Below are positions 53,240-64,000 of a stretch of DNA of 64,000 nucleotides, piece after piece (position 1 is the stretch's first letter; each line of letters opens with the position of its first letter). Origin of the DNA: Octopus sinensis (lineage: Eukaryota); assembly GCF_006345805.1 (NCBI RefSeq), contig NC_043011.1:14520464-14584463 (forward strand). The letters are read 5' to 3'. Made by a program: the position numbers and the translations under genes. The notes under the pieces are model-generated. The model was not told the origin of the DNA, ran no database searches, and was given only the letters and a program-made list of their open reading frames with translations.

Positions 53240-54052
53240 GATACAGACATAGTTTCAAATTTTAACCAGCTAAGCCCTCGTCGGACTAATTCTTTAACTC
53301 TGCTATGATACATACATATTCACACACACACACACACACACACGCACACACACAAATACACACACATACGCACAGACACACAAGATTTTGTTTAACGTTT
53401 CATAAGAAACAAGGCACATCAACTCGTAGGGCGCCAGAAATGGCTAGGTCAGATAACGCAGACCTCACGACGAAATAAATAACATTAAAGACATCAAGTG
53501 TTGATAGGATGCTAAAGATATGCAAGAACCAAATCCAGTTTAAGCCGTAGACTCGACTCAGGGTTGGGCCCTGGTTGTGGCGTAGGTGTAAAAAACTAAA
53601 CACATATAGAGTTTAAAATTTAGGACAGCTGTTTCGGTAAAATTTTATTTATTTAGATTACATTATAATATACGATTGACCATCATCAGATAAGAGATTA
53701 TTATCTAATATTATTTGGTGCCATTGTTAAACCATAAACAGATTTAGATATGTGAATTTATATTGTTTATTTATATGATCTCTTTGCTTCTTATTTGCTT
53801 GTTTTAAGCCATAGCTTCTAATTCTCCTATTTATTCGAATGTAAAATTAAACGCACTACTAGTCCAGCTGATGTTGGCTATGTCCGGGTCTTATGATGGT
53901 GGATTGTATATTGTGACGTAATCTTTTATGGCTGCATTCAATAAAGGAAATTTTACCGAAACAGCTCTCGTAAATTTTAAATGGCATTTGCGTTTGTGTT
54001 TACTTCAGATATATATAGACTTAGACACGCACATGTATATATATATGTATAT

Positions 54053-54120
<68 letters not shown>

Positions 54121-55127
54121 GATGTATATAATAAAGTAGTGAGATCCAAATGATTGTGGTAAAAGCAACTGGTTAGCCTCTAGCATAGACAAGGCTTCTG
54201 TAGATAGCGCAAGAAGAGATTATAATCAATCTATGTTTATTAATCAATGCATCCAATTCACTTCATCCCGTTTCGAAAGAAGGCAGAAGTTCCGATGTGA
54301 TGACTGTTACTAACAACGCCAGTTTGCAGTTACAAAGATTGCTTATTAAGTCTGTGAACGAAAGGAATTGAATAGGTAGTTATGTACTACACGGGTTTGA
54401 AAAAGGGGAACCGAATGCGTATTCCCTAACTTTAAGGTGTTATGTAAATATTCAGTGTTCTCTCTCATCATGTAATTTCCACCCGTCAGCTAGAAATTCT
54501 TTACTGTAAGGAATTCACCAAGAGAAACTGCGGAAAATTTTTTCACATTTCAACAGTTGAAAGGTGAGTGGAAATAGGAATTGATCAAGTAGCCAGTAGT
54601 GTACTTCTCCTGCAAATAATATGTATATACAGGAATAGATAGATTTGAGCCATTATTGAAATAATATTTTAAGTCATATGCTAAGATATCATGGACCACT
54701 GGAGTAGGGAGTTGTTTCCTGAAATGTGTCCAGATGTCAGCCGTTTATCTGATATCTCTTGGAGGGATTTGTCCAGGCACAGTTTAGCTATGGTGAGTCT
54801 TTTTCTCTGGTTTCTATCGGGATAATGTGGAATAAGCTAGAAACTGTTGAAGAAGAAAGTTACGTCGCCATTTTGTGTTGTGATATGAACTCAAATTTTG
54901 TAGGGAGCGTATGCTAAGGAAGCCAAGCCTTGGATAATTTCTGAATTTAATGCTGGTGTTGCTTGAACAGTGTTGATGGAATATTTTCTACTTTGTACAA
55001 ATGATGTAGCGCTCTCTTAAGTAAATTTTGAAAGCAGAACCTTCAAACTATATTCAAAGAACTAGCAGATGTCCCTCGTCCATTGAACGGTGTAAGTTCG
55101 TGATAGGATTTGAGTCTAAAATAATGT

Positions 55128-55365
55128 AATTTTATTGCGTGGTCCTTTAAATGTTCTTGAAGGATTTTCTCCTTCCATTCCTCCTCTCCAACTTTCGCAT
55201 AGCGAACGTCAGACTTATTGTCTGCCGTTTTGTTGAAGAGTTTTATTTTAGGTTGTACTCTTATGTACCGCAGAACCTTCCCGTTGTTCTCGTTAAAAGA
55301 GATGATTTTGTCATTTTGAAAACTTTTATTCTCCTCCGGGAAACCTATACGTGAACCTATCTTGT
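55128..55365 (-). mobile_element. Tx1/L1-like ORF1 fragment, inverted homolog of 60505-60745
   Basis: Encodes SFQNDKIISF...KTADNKSDVRYAKVGEEEWKEKILQEHLKDHAIK, shared with the ORF upstream of the APE domain at 61065. Confidence 0.75.
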
Positions 55366-55545
55366 CCATGCTTGTGTCTGTGATGCTCTGGCGACAGCAG
55401 AGAAAGCAGCATTGCGAGCACGCCGGAGTTCTGCTTGTTGATCTGTCTGTGATGCTCTGGCGGTTGAAGCAGAAGCAGCATTGTGAGTACGCCGAAGCAC
55501 ACGTTGTTCTTCTGTATCGCTTGCCCGCAAGGAACGCAAAACGGA
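55366..55545 (-). repeat. 69-bp tandem repeat encoding 23-aa STPR-like units
   Basis: TGTCTGTGATGCTCTGGCG at 55375 and 55444; peptide ASDTEEQRVLRRTHNAASASTAR / ASQTDQQAELRRARNAAFSAVAR / ASQT. Confidence 0.75.
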
Positions 55546-55760
55546 AGCATTTTTGTTTTTCTGACAATGTAACACTTGCTTTATCGAGGCATCCTATCGA
55601 AAATCTGTAATTGAATGAATCTTTATAAAAACGTGTGTAAGTTCGTGATAGGATTGGAGTCTAAAATAGTGTTGCTGTTTGCACGCACTAAACATGGTAT
55701 TTCAACGCAAAAAATCCCCACAACGCTAAAGCGCATAATTATTTGCAATGGTATTGTAAG

Positions 55761-55991
55761 GCGGCGAGCTGACAGAAACGTTAGCACGCCGGGCGAAATG
55801 CCGTAGACGTATTTCGTCTGCCTCTACGTTCTGAGTTCAAATTCCGCCGAGGTCGACTTTGCCTTTCATCCTTTCGGGGTCGATAAATTAAGTACCAGTT
55901 ACGCACTGGGGTCGATATAATCGACTTAATCCGTTTGTCTGTCTTTGTTTGTCCCCTCTGTGTTTAGCCCTTTGTGGGTAGTAAAGAAATA
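55761..55991 (+). mobile_element. SINE family A, full length with 11-bp TSD
   Basis: GGTATTGTAAG at 55750-55760 and 55992-56002. Confidence 0.94.
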
Positions 55992-57049
55992 GGTATTGTA
56001 AGCACCAAATGGCACGTGGATGCGGAAAGTTGTGAATGAGCATTCACATCCAAAAGCACATCTATATGTGAACAGAACGTATTTCGAGAAAATCGGTATT
56101 CTATCGACCAAAAGTGCAATTGTGATAAAATGTAAACGACCGATGCAAACACATATGCGCTGTCAGGTAGCAGAAGGCAAAGGGTATTTCTAAGAAATAT
56201 TACACTTAAGTAAGAAATTTAAATAAAAAGAATGTGCAAATCGAAACGGTTTCTTGGAATTTTCTGAAAATGAAAGACAGCCAAGACCGAGCTTCCTTTG
56301 GGAAAAAAGGATGTTAGCATTAAAATTACCTTATATTAAATATAATCTAAAAAAAAAAAGCATTATTCTGTCGGTTCTGGTAGCCTATTTATCCACAAGG
56401 TTTGCTACTTTATCGGTCAACATCGCATATTGCCGAACCCTATATTACCAATCAATTTTTCTTTTTATTGTCAACTGAATTTTGTTGTGAGAAAATATTC
56501 ACACAGTTGATTGATCGCCAATAAGCGCCATTTGTTCGTTAAAGTTAATATTTCATTTCATTTTTACTTATTTAAAATGATTGCCTTGTCTTTTTACTCT
56601 TTTATGTCAGCTTATTTATTAAACACAGAATGACATGCCTGGATGCACGTGTTAGAGTACAGTTCATTCTAGAATGATATCGATTTTTATTGCAATCACA
56701 TATGTTATTTCATGAAATTGCTTAGAAAGCTTAATGTAATTAATACTCTGATACCAATTGGACGAACATAGCGGCTTTTCGCATGTGATTTGCGGAATGA
56801 TAGCCAACAAGCGCTATTGAAGTCAGATTTTCCATCAAGATTTTGATTAAAAAAGGGCAAATCTCACTTTGAAACTAACGATTATGTTATGAGATTTAAC
56901 TGATGCACTCAATGTCACGTCTTTTACCTATGTGTAAAATTCCAGCGTGATCAGTTGAAAAATACGACCGTTATAATCTTTTACACACATACACACACAG
57001 AGGCAGAACGAGATTTATATATTATAGATAAAACAATCCCCAAACCATA

Positions 57050-57244
57050 TTTTGTTTGTGTGATTTCTTGGATGTTTTGTTTTGAGTAAAATGACCGTAG
57101 TGAATAACAATATTCAATATGAGATCTGGCAAACTTTAAGAAGAAAATGATGATGGTATCAATATCTCTGTACCGTAAAATTCTAAGAATCCATAGATAC
57201 ATTCTGCCTGCCAAACTGTTCGTTACAGTTTGGGCTGTTGTCAA
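57050..57244 (-). mobile_element. CR1/L2/Jockey-type LINE fragment (post-RT region), old
   Basis: LWILRILRYRD....FLKFARSHIEYC...YSKQNIQEI resembles WILRTF..R....LYK..VRPHLEYC..W.P....DI..LE. Confidence 0.6.
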
Positions 57245-57379
57245 CAGTTACATGTAAATCTCTGATATTATTTGACGCTACGTAAAGCTCTCTTGAGGGA
57301 AGAGAATATGTCTGTTTATGAACTCTTGAATTGTTCCTTGTCTTTTAACAAGGAGCAGTAGTAAGACATGTTCATTCTA

Positions 57380-57930
57380 TACAAGTCTTAAGCGTTTCTC
57401 TGTAACAAGTAGTGGTTCCTGCCTGCCAGCTTGTTTACAAAATTGCTGCCTGACAAAATTGTTATGTGTTCTGCGTACAGAATGTGTTGCACATCTCTGA
57501 AGCAATTGCGTTCGAACACCTGGTTCTCTGTTCTTTGCCCGCTGTAAGTGCCCAGATTTTACGTCCCCAAAGTCCATCCCCTCCTCACCGTGGTGGGGAC
57601 GCTGGCAACGGGTAGTGTCAGAATTATGCCGTCGGGAACTTCGGTTCCTGGTAGGGCCACCCAAGGTGGATTGGTCTGACACCGAGTGGTATTAGGGCCA
57701 CAACCCGGCAGGCGGGGCTCTGGTGAAAATCTTCGGAGTGTCTGTTTCGGCAACCGACGGCTCCTCGCTCGTTCTGTCCCTGCGTCTGCGGACAATCTGC
57801 GGCAAACAGGATGTCTCTACATGCGGGATTGTTTGGGGACCGCTTGTGAAATCAACATATTCCCACGAGACTTCTTCCATGCCTCGAGGATGGTAGAAGA
57901 AGCCGACTCAACCCGCCCGGGGTGAATGTC
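57380..57930 (-). mobile_element. 5' end of an RTE-like LINE (GC-rich leader plus degenerate start of APE domain)
   Basis: GC-rich block with GTGGCCCTACCAGGA...CTCCCGACGGCATA-like leader recalled from RTE elements, then degenerate TLGT*NL.T (cf. IGTWNVRT). Confidence 0.55.
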
Positions 57931-57939
57931 ACCACAAGG

Positions 57940-58520
57940 ACAAGTACAAGTAGTAAAATTTTGCACTCGCACAAAAATAGCTAAGTATTGTTTCAGTTTC
58001 ATGGGAATACTGATGAAACTCCTTTTCCATATGATTTCCAGTTTGATCATGGCAGCTAAATTCTGGATGATTCTTACTTTTATCACAATTATTGATTTGC
58101 CATCCTTGCTCAAAGTCAGTCTGATGTATCTATAGTTGTCCACTTCTTCAAGTTGTGTAGGTTCAGTGTCTTGCTAGTTGGTGTATTCTGGTTGTGGTTA
58201 TAACCCTTTTCTGAATTGATCACTACTCCGCACTCTCCTGACGTTCTTTCAATGGTGAAATCCTGGATTTCAGCTTCGTTCAATGCCCCATATTAGATTG
58301 ACATCGTTAAGAAAACATAAAGTTGTAAAAGGACCGTTCATCGATGGAGACAGAGGATGGGAAGTCATGTAGTGTCTTTTGCATGTCTCCCAGGAATATA
58401 TTAGCAATTACCGGGGGAATAGAAAATCCTAGGTAAACTCCAGATATTATCCAAACTAAGTTTTCGATGTTGTTATAGGAAATCGGTGCTCTTTGAATTT
58501 TCGCGCTGGTATTGTTTCTT
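57940..58520 (-). mobile_element. RTE-clade reverse transcriptase fragment, decayed
   Basis: SPVIANIFLGDMQKTLHDFPSSVSID.R..YN (cf. NLRFADD), EAEIQD, VINSEK, VDNYRY...LSKDG...IKVRI....AAMIKLE.IW. Confidence 0.75.
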
Positions 58521-59559
58521 TGTTTCGAAACCTGAGGAGTTTTACGCCAGTGGAATCAACAAGGTGCCAAATTAAAGGGTTTATGCTATTAATAATGAAG
58601 GGAAATATTATCGTGATTGAATATTCCAATTAAGACCAAAGAAGCTGTTGTTTCTTTCCAACATTGAAATGCAACTGAACTTTGTTTCCAACCTAATATA
58701 GTATTATATATAACTTCACAAATGCATTCAACGAGTTCCTCCTTTTTGGTCTTTGGATCATTAAATATGCAAAGCATATTCAAACTTGATAATTGTTTGG
58801 GTGCTGAAAAATCTATTACACTTTGTTCCCTGAAAGCACCTAAGGCGAACGCAATTCCATTAAGGGAACGATCGATACGGCGGTGAATAGATGGAGGTGA
58901 CTGAGGTGATTATAAATCACAATAAAAACAATGCACGTAGAAAAGTACGTAAGTTTAGGGAAAGATGGCGTATGCCGTAAAAAAATTGTACGAGAAACGT
59001 GTGCGATTAAATATTGAATAAAATATTTAAAACATTAAAATGAAAATCGTTAAAAGGCGTTAACCTTAAAATATAAAATGTATAAAATTCTAGTTGGAGG
59101 GAAATTCGAAGAAAATCTGTGTTGAAAATTTCGTGCACAAGGGCCATAAAATTTCTGGAATAAAGGATGTTCACACACATGTCCCATAAAAACTGAATAA
59201 AGAATGTGTTAGAATAAAATATAACAATGGAAAATTTGTAAAAGAGACAAGTATATATAAGCATAAATGTTTAAATACGGAAGTCATTTGAGGTTGAATG
59301 CAGAGAGATGTAACAATAGAGGTGGGGTCCTGATAGCTTGAAGATAATGAAATGGATGTTACGGTATCAGTAAAAAATCTAATTCGATATCGGCTTATAA
59401 AGGTAATTAAGGAAATGTTTACATTAAGATAAAACTTTAGATATAAAACGTTTATGATAAGAATGCTGGGACAGAATAAGTAGTATTTTACATACATTGA
59501 ACTATGTATTCGCTAATTGTTTTAAGTGCCAATGTAGCCGTGAATAGAAAGAGAGAGAG

Positions 59560-59768
59560 AGAGAGAGACACCTTCTCGCCACCCCACTCCCTTAAGCCAG
59601 GGCAACATCGAGAATGGGACAACTTGAGGGAGAGAAAGCTGCACCGGCTCTAGAAGATTGGAGGAATGTGAAATGAAGGGCCTTACTCCAGGACTCACTG
59701 CAAAACCCCGTCCTGAAATCGAAACCGCGACCTAACGATCAGGATCATAATGCCCTAACCACTAAGCC
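59560..59768 (-). mobile_element. tRNA-derived SINE, head D type, diverged
   Basis: Minus strand GGCTTAGTGGTTAGGGCA...GGTTTCGATTTC...GTCCTGGAGTAAGGCCCTTCATTTCAC. Confidence 0.7.
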
Positions 59769-59793
59769 TTCACAGAACATATACGTATACATA

Positions 59794-59845
<52 letters not shown>

Positions 59846-59959
59846 TTCATAAAAGACATGCGTATATATACAGGCAAGCGTACATGCATACATGACCCAA
59901 GACAAAATGTTTTGTACCCTTTTTGACGTGCTTCACGTCAGGGTAGGACGACTGCTGTG

Positions 59960-60415
59960 TTCATGATGCATAGCGCGCGAGGCTGAAATATGTGTCCCCG
60001 GTTGTTCTATTGTCTCCAAGCAATCCGAAGTCGCTTTTCCAATCGACTTCACATATTTCATATCCTTTCAACGAGGACTTTACATAATCCTTAAATTGGT
60101 TTCTGCTAGGAGCGCTTTCCACAAACAATTCGCCATATAGCACCTGTTTTGAAATCCTCCGATCATTCATCCAACGTAAGCGGTGCTTCTGCACTATTAC
60201 CTCAACGGTGAGAATGTCTGCTCCCCTCAAGACCTCTGTGCCTGGAGTCTGCAAAGACCAGCCAACATTCAGAATGTGTCTCAGAACTCTCTGATGGAGG
60301 CGTTCACGGACCTTTACATGCTGCCTGTAAAGGGTCCATGTCTCACATGTGTACGGTACGCAATGTTGGACCAGACACGAGATTCAAGAGTCCTGAGGGA
60401 ATCAATTGCTTTCTG
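59960..60415 (-). mobile_element. RTE (BovB-like) LINE fragment, post-RT region
   Basis: YTCETWT, TEVLRGADILTVEVIVQKHRLRW, MNDRRISKQVLYGEL and FKDYVKSSLK. Confidence 0.8.
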
Positions 60416-60504
60416 AAGTCTTAAATATATTTCATTAAACAAGGAGCAAGTGTGTTCTCCCTAGGCAGACAAACTTGTCTATTACTTTCAGTACTGTTCC
60501 TTCA

Positions 60505-61540
60505 ACAAAGATAGGTTTCACATATGGGTTCCCTGGAGGAGAATGGAAGTTTTCAAAATGACAAAATCATCTCTTTTTATGAGAACAACGAGAGGGTTTT
60601 GCGGTACATAAAAGTACAACCAAAAATAAAACATTTTGGCAAAACGGCAGACAATAAGTCTGACGTTCGCTATGCGAAAGTTGGAGAGGAGGAATGGAAG
60701 GAGAAAATCCTTCAAGAACATTTAAAGGACCACGCGATAAAAGACGTTACCCAAGAGGTAATAGTGGGTAAACTAATTATTAGCCCGGCAGCCACACCAA
60801 CCCAAAGCCCGGGGGAAATGCCGGTGAAAAGCCAGCAGCCACACCAACCCAGAGCCCGGTGGCAACGCCGGTGAAAAGCCCAGCATCCACACCAACCCAG
60901 AGCCCGGTGTCAACGCCGGTGAAAAGCCCAGCAGCCACACCAGCCCAGAGCCCGGTGTCAACGCCAGTGAAAAGCCCAGCAGCTACGGGGAGTGTCGGGG
61001 AAGCAGGCAGACAAAAATTGTCATGCTCTCTCTCAACCGTAAATAGAATATTTTTCTTTCATCCATGATTAAGTTAGGCTGTGTGAATGTGCGTGGAATG
61101 GGGTCGAAATGGAAACAGGTTTGTTTCCTGCACGATCTCAGGACACATGGAATAGATGAGTGAACCTCAAGCGTTCTCGCCTCTTCTGAATGGTTACGAG
61201 AATTTTATTTCTCCTAGCCGGGGAAGAAGAGTTGGCATGGCAGTCCTTACCAGGAAGAGCTTGGAATTACAGGTAAGTACTGTCTTTCTGGACCCAGAAG
61301 GTAGGCTGGTCGTCCTGGGTGTGACTCACGTGAGTAAGCAGTCCTTGAGGTTGGTAGCTGTCTACGCTCCTAACGAGCGTGTGCAGTCGGGATTTTTTTC
61401 GAGACCTGGAGCACCTTCTAGCGACGTCAAAAACGGTAGTTCTGGTAGGGGATTTTAACACTATCCTCGATGCGCGGGTGGATAGTGTTGGCTCAACCGA
61501 TAGGAAAGGGAATCCTAGCCTCAAGAGTCCACTAGACAGT
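60505..61540 (+). mobile_element. Tx1/L1-like LINE 5' fragment: ORF1 remnant plus APE endonuclease of ORF2
   Basis: ORF2 starts at ATG 61065: MIKLGCVNVRG, GRLVVL, LVAVYAPN, LVGDFN..LD, with an internal deletion near 61155 and a frameshift near 61395. Confidence 0.85.
60782..60985 (+). repeat. 48-bp minisatellite (about 4 units) encoding PVKSPAATPTQSPVST in ORF1
   Basis: Unit CCGGTGAAAAGCCCAGCAGCCACACCAACCCAGAGCCCGGTGTCAACG. Confidence 0.92.
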
Positions 61541-62150
61541 AGACTGTTACCGGTCTATATATATATGTATGTGTGTGTGTATAAAATATGTGTATGCGTG
61601 AGTATGTACATCCGGGTGTGTACGTGTTCGAGTACGCATGTGCGTATCTGTAAATTAATATTTTAGACGTAAGTATGTATTATAGGAAGTAAATTATATT
61701 GATTAGCAGTTATATTTGCGCATTGTAAACTTTCACTTGGTTTACTAAATGGATAATAATTGTTAGTTTACAATAAACATCTAAAAAGTAACAATTAGTT
61801 AAAATCAACAGTAATCTCAGGATCTAAATTGTTACAAGATCACCGAGCTTTTTTCCGAAACTGACATCAAACATTTCTGTCACGTGTCATTCATATTTTA
61901 TGAATTATTGAAGATAGAAAAGATTTATGGCTGCACTTAATTCACTAATGCTTTATTTCCCGCTTTCTGCTGTTGCGATTTCTGTTGATTGCACGTAACT
62001 TAAAAGGATATAAATTTCACCAGCCCATCGTTTATGTTCTGTAACTCTATGCATGATACCTGCTGCCACTCACAACACAGGATGTAAATTAATTTCACTA
62101 ATACCTTACTCTCACATCTCTGTGATAAACTTCAGAATGGAACAATGTAA

Positions 62151-62858
62151 GGATCTTTTCGGTTTGACTGGCAGTTTTTTAAAAATAAATTCCACGTCAC
62201 TAAACACTTTTACACTTCGTATACTAGTAGAATGTGTTTATAAAACATCTTTTACTCTTGGCTTTATTAAGAAAATTCTATAGCTTGTAAGATATTTGTT
62301 GTTTTTTTCTTCAATTTCTGCAATTTCAACCAATCAATGACGTCTATTGAGTTAAAAAGTATTCTGTGCCGTATGAATATGTCCCTCGTTTAAGAAACAG
62401 ATTGGGTTTATTTACATTTCTGAAGAAAAAAGTACCCTTCCTCCACCCCTAACCCTAACCCTAAGCCTAACTAACCCTAACCCTAAAAGAGATTGAAATG
62501 CAATAGATCGATTCTAGGGTCATAATTATGGGTGACAATTTCATATGACTCCGCTAGAAAAAACTGCCGTTCAAACCGAAAAGATCCGTTAGCTCCTCTT
62601 AGATTCACCCTATTCCGACTATTGAGGTGAAAACATTCTGTGCCGTATGAATATGTCCCTTGTTTAAGAAACAGATTGGGTTTATTTACATTTGTGAAGA
62701 AAAAAGATACCCTTCCCCCACCCATAACCTTAACCCTATCCCTAACCCTAACCCTAAAAGAGATTAAAATGCAATAGATCGATACTAGGGTCATAATTAT
62801 GGGTGACAATTTCATATGACACCGCTAGAAAAAACTGCCGTTCAAACCGAAAAGATCC
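62151..62858. mobile_element. GG-ended MITE (Merlin-like) with 30-bp TIRs, 8-bp TSD and an internally duplicated right end
   Basis: Left TIR 62151-62180; right TIR at 62829-62858 and again at 62558-62587; CAATGTAA at 62143-62150 and 62859-62866; CCCTAA runs in both duplicated halves. Confidence 0.88.
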
Positions 62859-63035
62859 CAATGTAATGAATAAAAAAGAAATCAAAAAATTTTGTAAATA
62901 AGCCTATGGCAAGTGAAATCTGTATTATGTAAAAAAGAATGTAAAAACACAAAAGCGCTGGCAGGGCCAGTAAAGCTACCCTGAAGTAAAAGAGGCTTTT
63001 TCCATGCACTTTCGAATATCACATTTTAATACTGA

Positions 63036-63398
63036 CTAGCACTATGACCCGGCAACGCCGGGTCATACGGCTAGTGCATGCATATACAGCTGCGTGCGTG
63101 CTCACATACATGCGAGTACTTTCCAAATCTCCGACCAGTCACATACAGCTAGCTGGTATTTAATTGGCGTATCAAGTTTCGGGCATTTTGATTGGGTTTT
63201 GGATAGAAAATTCGCAAAAAAGTCACGTCTATTGATTTTTTAATGGCTTTGTGGGGTGACTGGGGAAATGTAAAGATGTGCACGACCACCCTTGGACGGT
63301 TTGAATGACCATAGAAAGTGCGAGCCCTCTAACTGAAAAATGATGGATTTGTATAAAGGACACACACACAGACATTTTGCCGTTTATATATATAGAGA
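63036..63398 (-). mobile_element. Non-autonomous Helitron, complete, 363 bp
   Basis: Minus strand A|TCTCTATATATATAAA 5' end and CTAG|T 3' end with an 11-bp perfect hairpin at 63043-63067. Confidence 0.85.
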
Positions 63399-63639
63399 TT
63401 ATGGAAGTTTTTTCCGTAAAAAATTAAACACGAATAAGGATCTATGTGCCCAGAAGAGGAAGTTGAGGGTGACAGGATGTGGCAAAGACGTTGCAGATAA
63501 TTAGATATTGTTCCAATTATGAATTTTGATTAAAAATTAAATTATTCCATTAAAATTTTTAATTTAAATTAAAGAACAGCAGAATATTAGAATATTTAAA
63601 ATGATTACACTGATAACAATTACAAGATCAATAATGAAA

Positions 63640-63690
63640 ATGACGACGATGATGATGACAATGATGATGACGATGATGATGACGATGATG
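63640..63690 (+). repeat. (GAT)/(GAC) trinucleotide repeat
   Basis: Direct reading. Confidence 0.9.
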
Positions 63691-64000
63691 GCTAAACTTG
63701 TTTTCAATCGAATATAAATATAACGTAGTTATTTTCCCCAAGTTTTGGACACATTTGACAGCTCCTTTCTTTATATAATGTTACATTATAAGTCACGCAT
63801 TCATGCATATAAACACAGTCACACCCACAAGCACAAACATATAAATATGTGTATGTGTGTGTGTGTGTGTATATATGTGTGTATATGTGTGTGTGTATGC
63901 AAGTATGTGAGCGAGCAAACACCTCGCAAATACACAACACAAACAGAACTTACACATTTACACACACTTGTTCAGAAAATGAATTGAGATATGAATTCTT

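Noticed and set aside
53400-53603. Hydrophobic 67-aa minus-strand ORF as a possible host exon
   Set aside because: No recognisable family motif and no convincing splice-site pair; needs RNA-seq.
57600-57930. HDV-like ribozyme expected at some RTE 5' ends
   Set aside because: I could not assemble P1, P2 and P3 pairings by eye; a descriptor search would be needed.
60782-60985. Regular 48-bp and 69-bp repeats as CRISPR-like arrays
   Set aside because: Contiguous in-frame tandem repeats without unique spacers, in eukaryotic DNA.
62445-62760. (CCCTAA)n runs as a telomere or fusion site (also 35560-35585)
   Set aside because: Short, degenerate and internal to a TIR element; no head-to-head arrays.

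Overview
Animal (eukaryotic) non-coding DNA, AT-rich and saturated with microsatellites and transposon relics. The tRNA-derived SINE families and repeat landscape look cephalopod, most likely Octopus; this is an inference from pattern recognition, not a database result. I can support no host protein-coding exon, rRNA, true tRNA or CRISPR array, and most long ORFs in the track are microsatellite artefacts. LINE relics: a near full-length decayed R4/Dong-clade LINE (870-3867), a second 5'-truncated one, several RTE pieces, a CR1/L2-like piece, a Tx1/L1-like ORF1 plus APE fragment and Penelope-like (GIY-YIG) relics. DNA elements: a Helitron helicase relic, two complete non-autonomous Helitrons and three MITEs. 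There are more than 20 SINE copies built from interchangeable heads and tails. Family labels A-E are my own working names. The most interesting object is a non-coding 844-bp element (19660-20503) made of two 289-bp near-identical direct repeats 555 bp apart. Each repeat folds into a type I hammerhead ribozyme with a complete catalytic core, which is a retrozyme-like 1.5-mer architecture. Three further minimal or degenerate hammerhead motifs sit in Penelope-like repeats. Other oddities: a ~590-bp fold-back palindrome, a chimeric STPR-like/Tx1 cassette between 38-bp direct repeats, a partial-dimer SINE present twice with the same junction, and a GG-ended MITE with a duplicated right end and telomere-like repeats.
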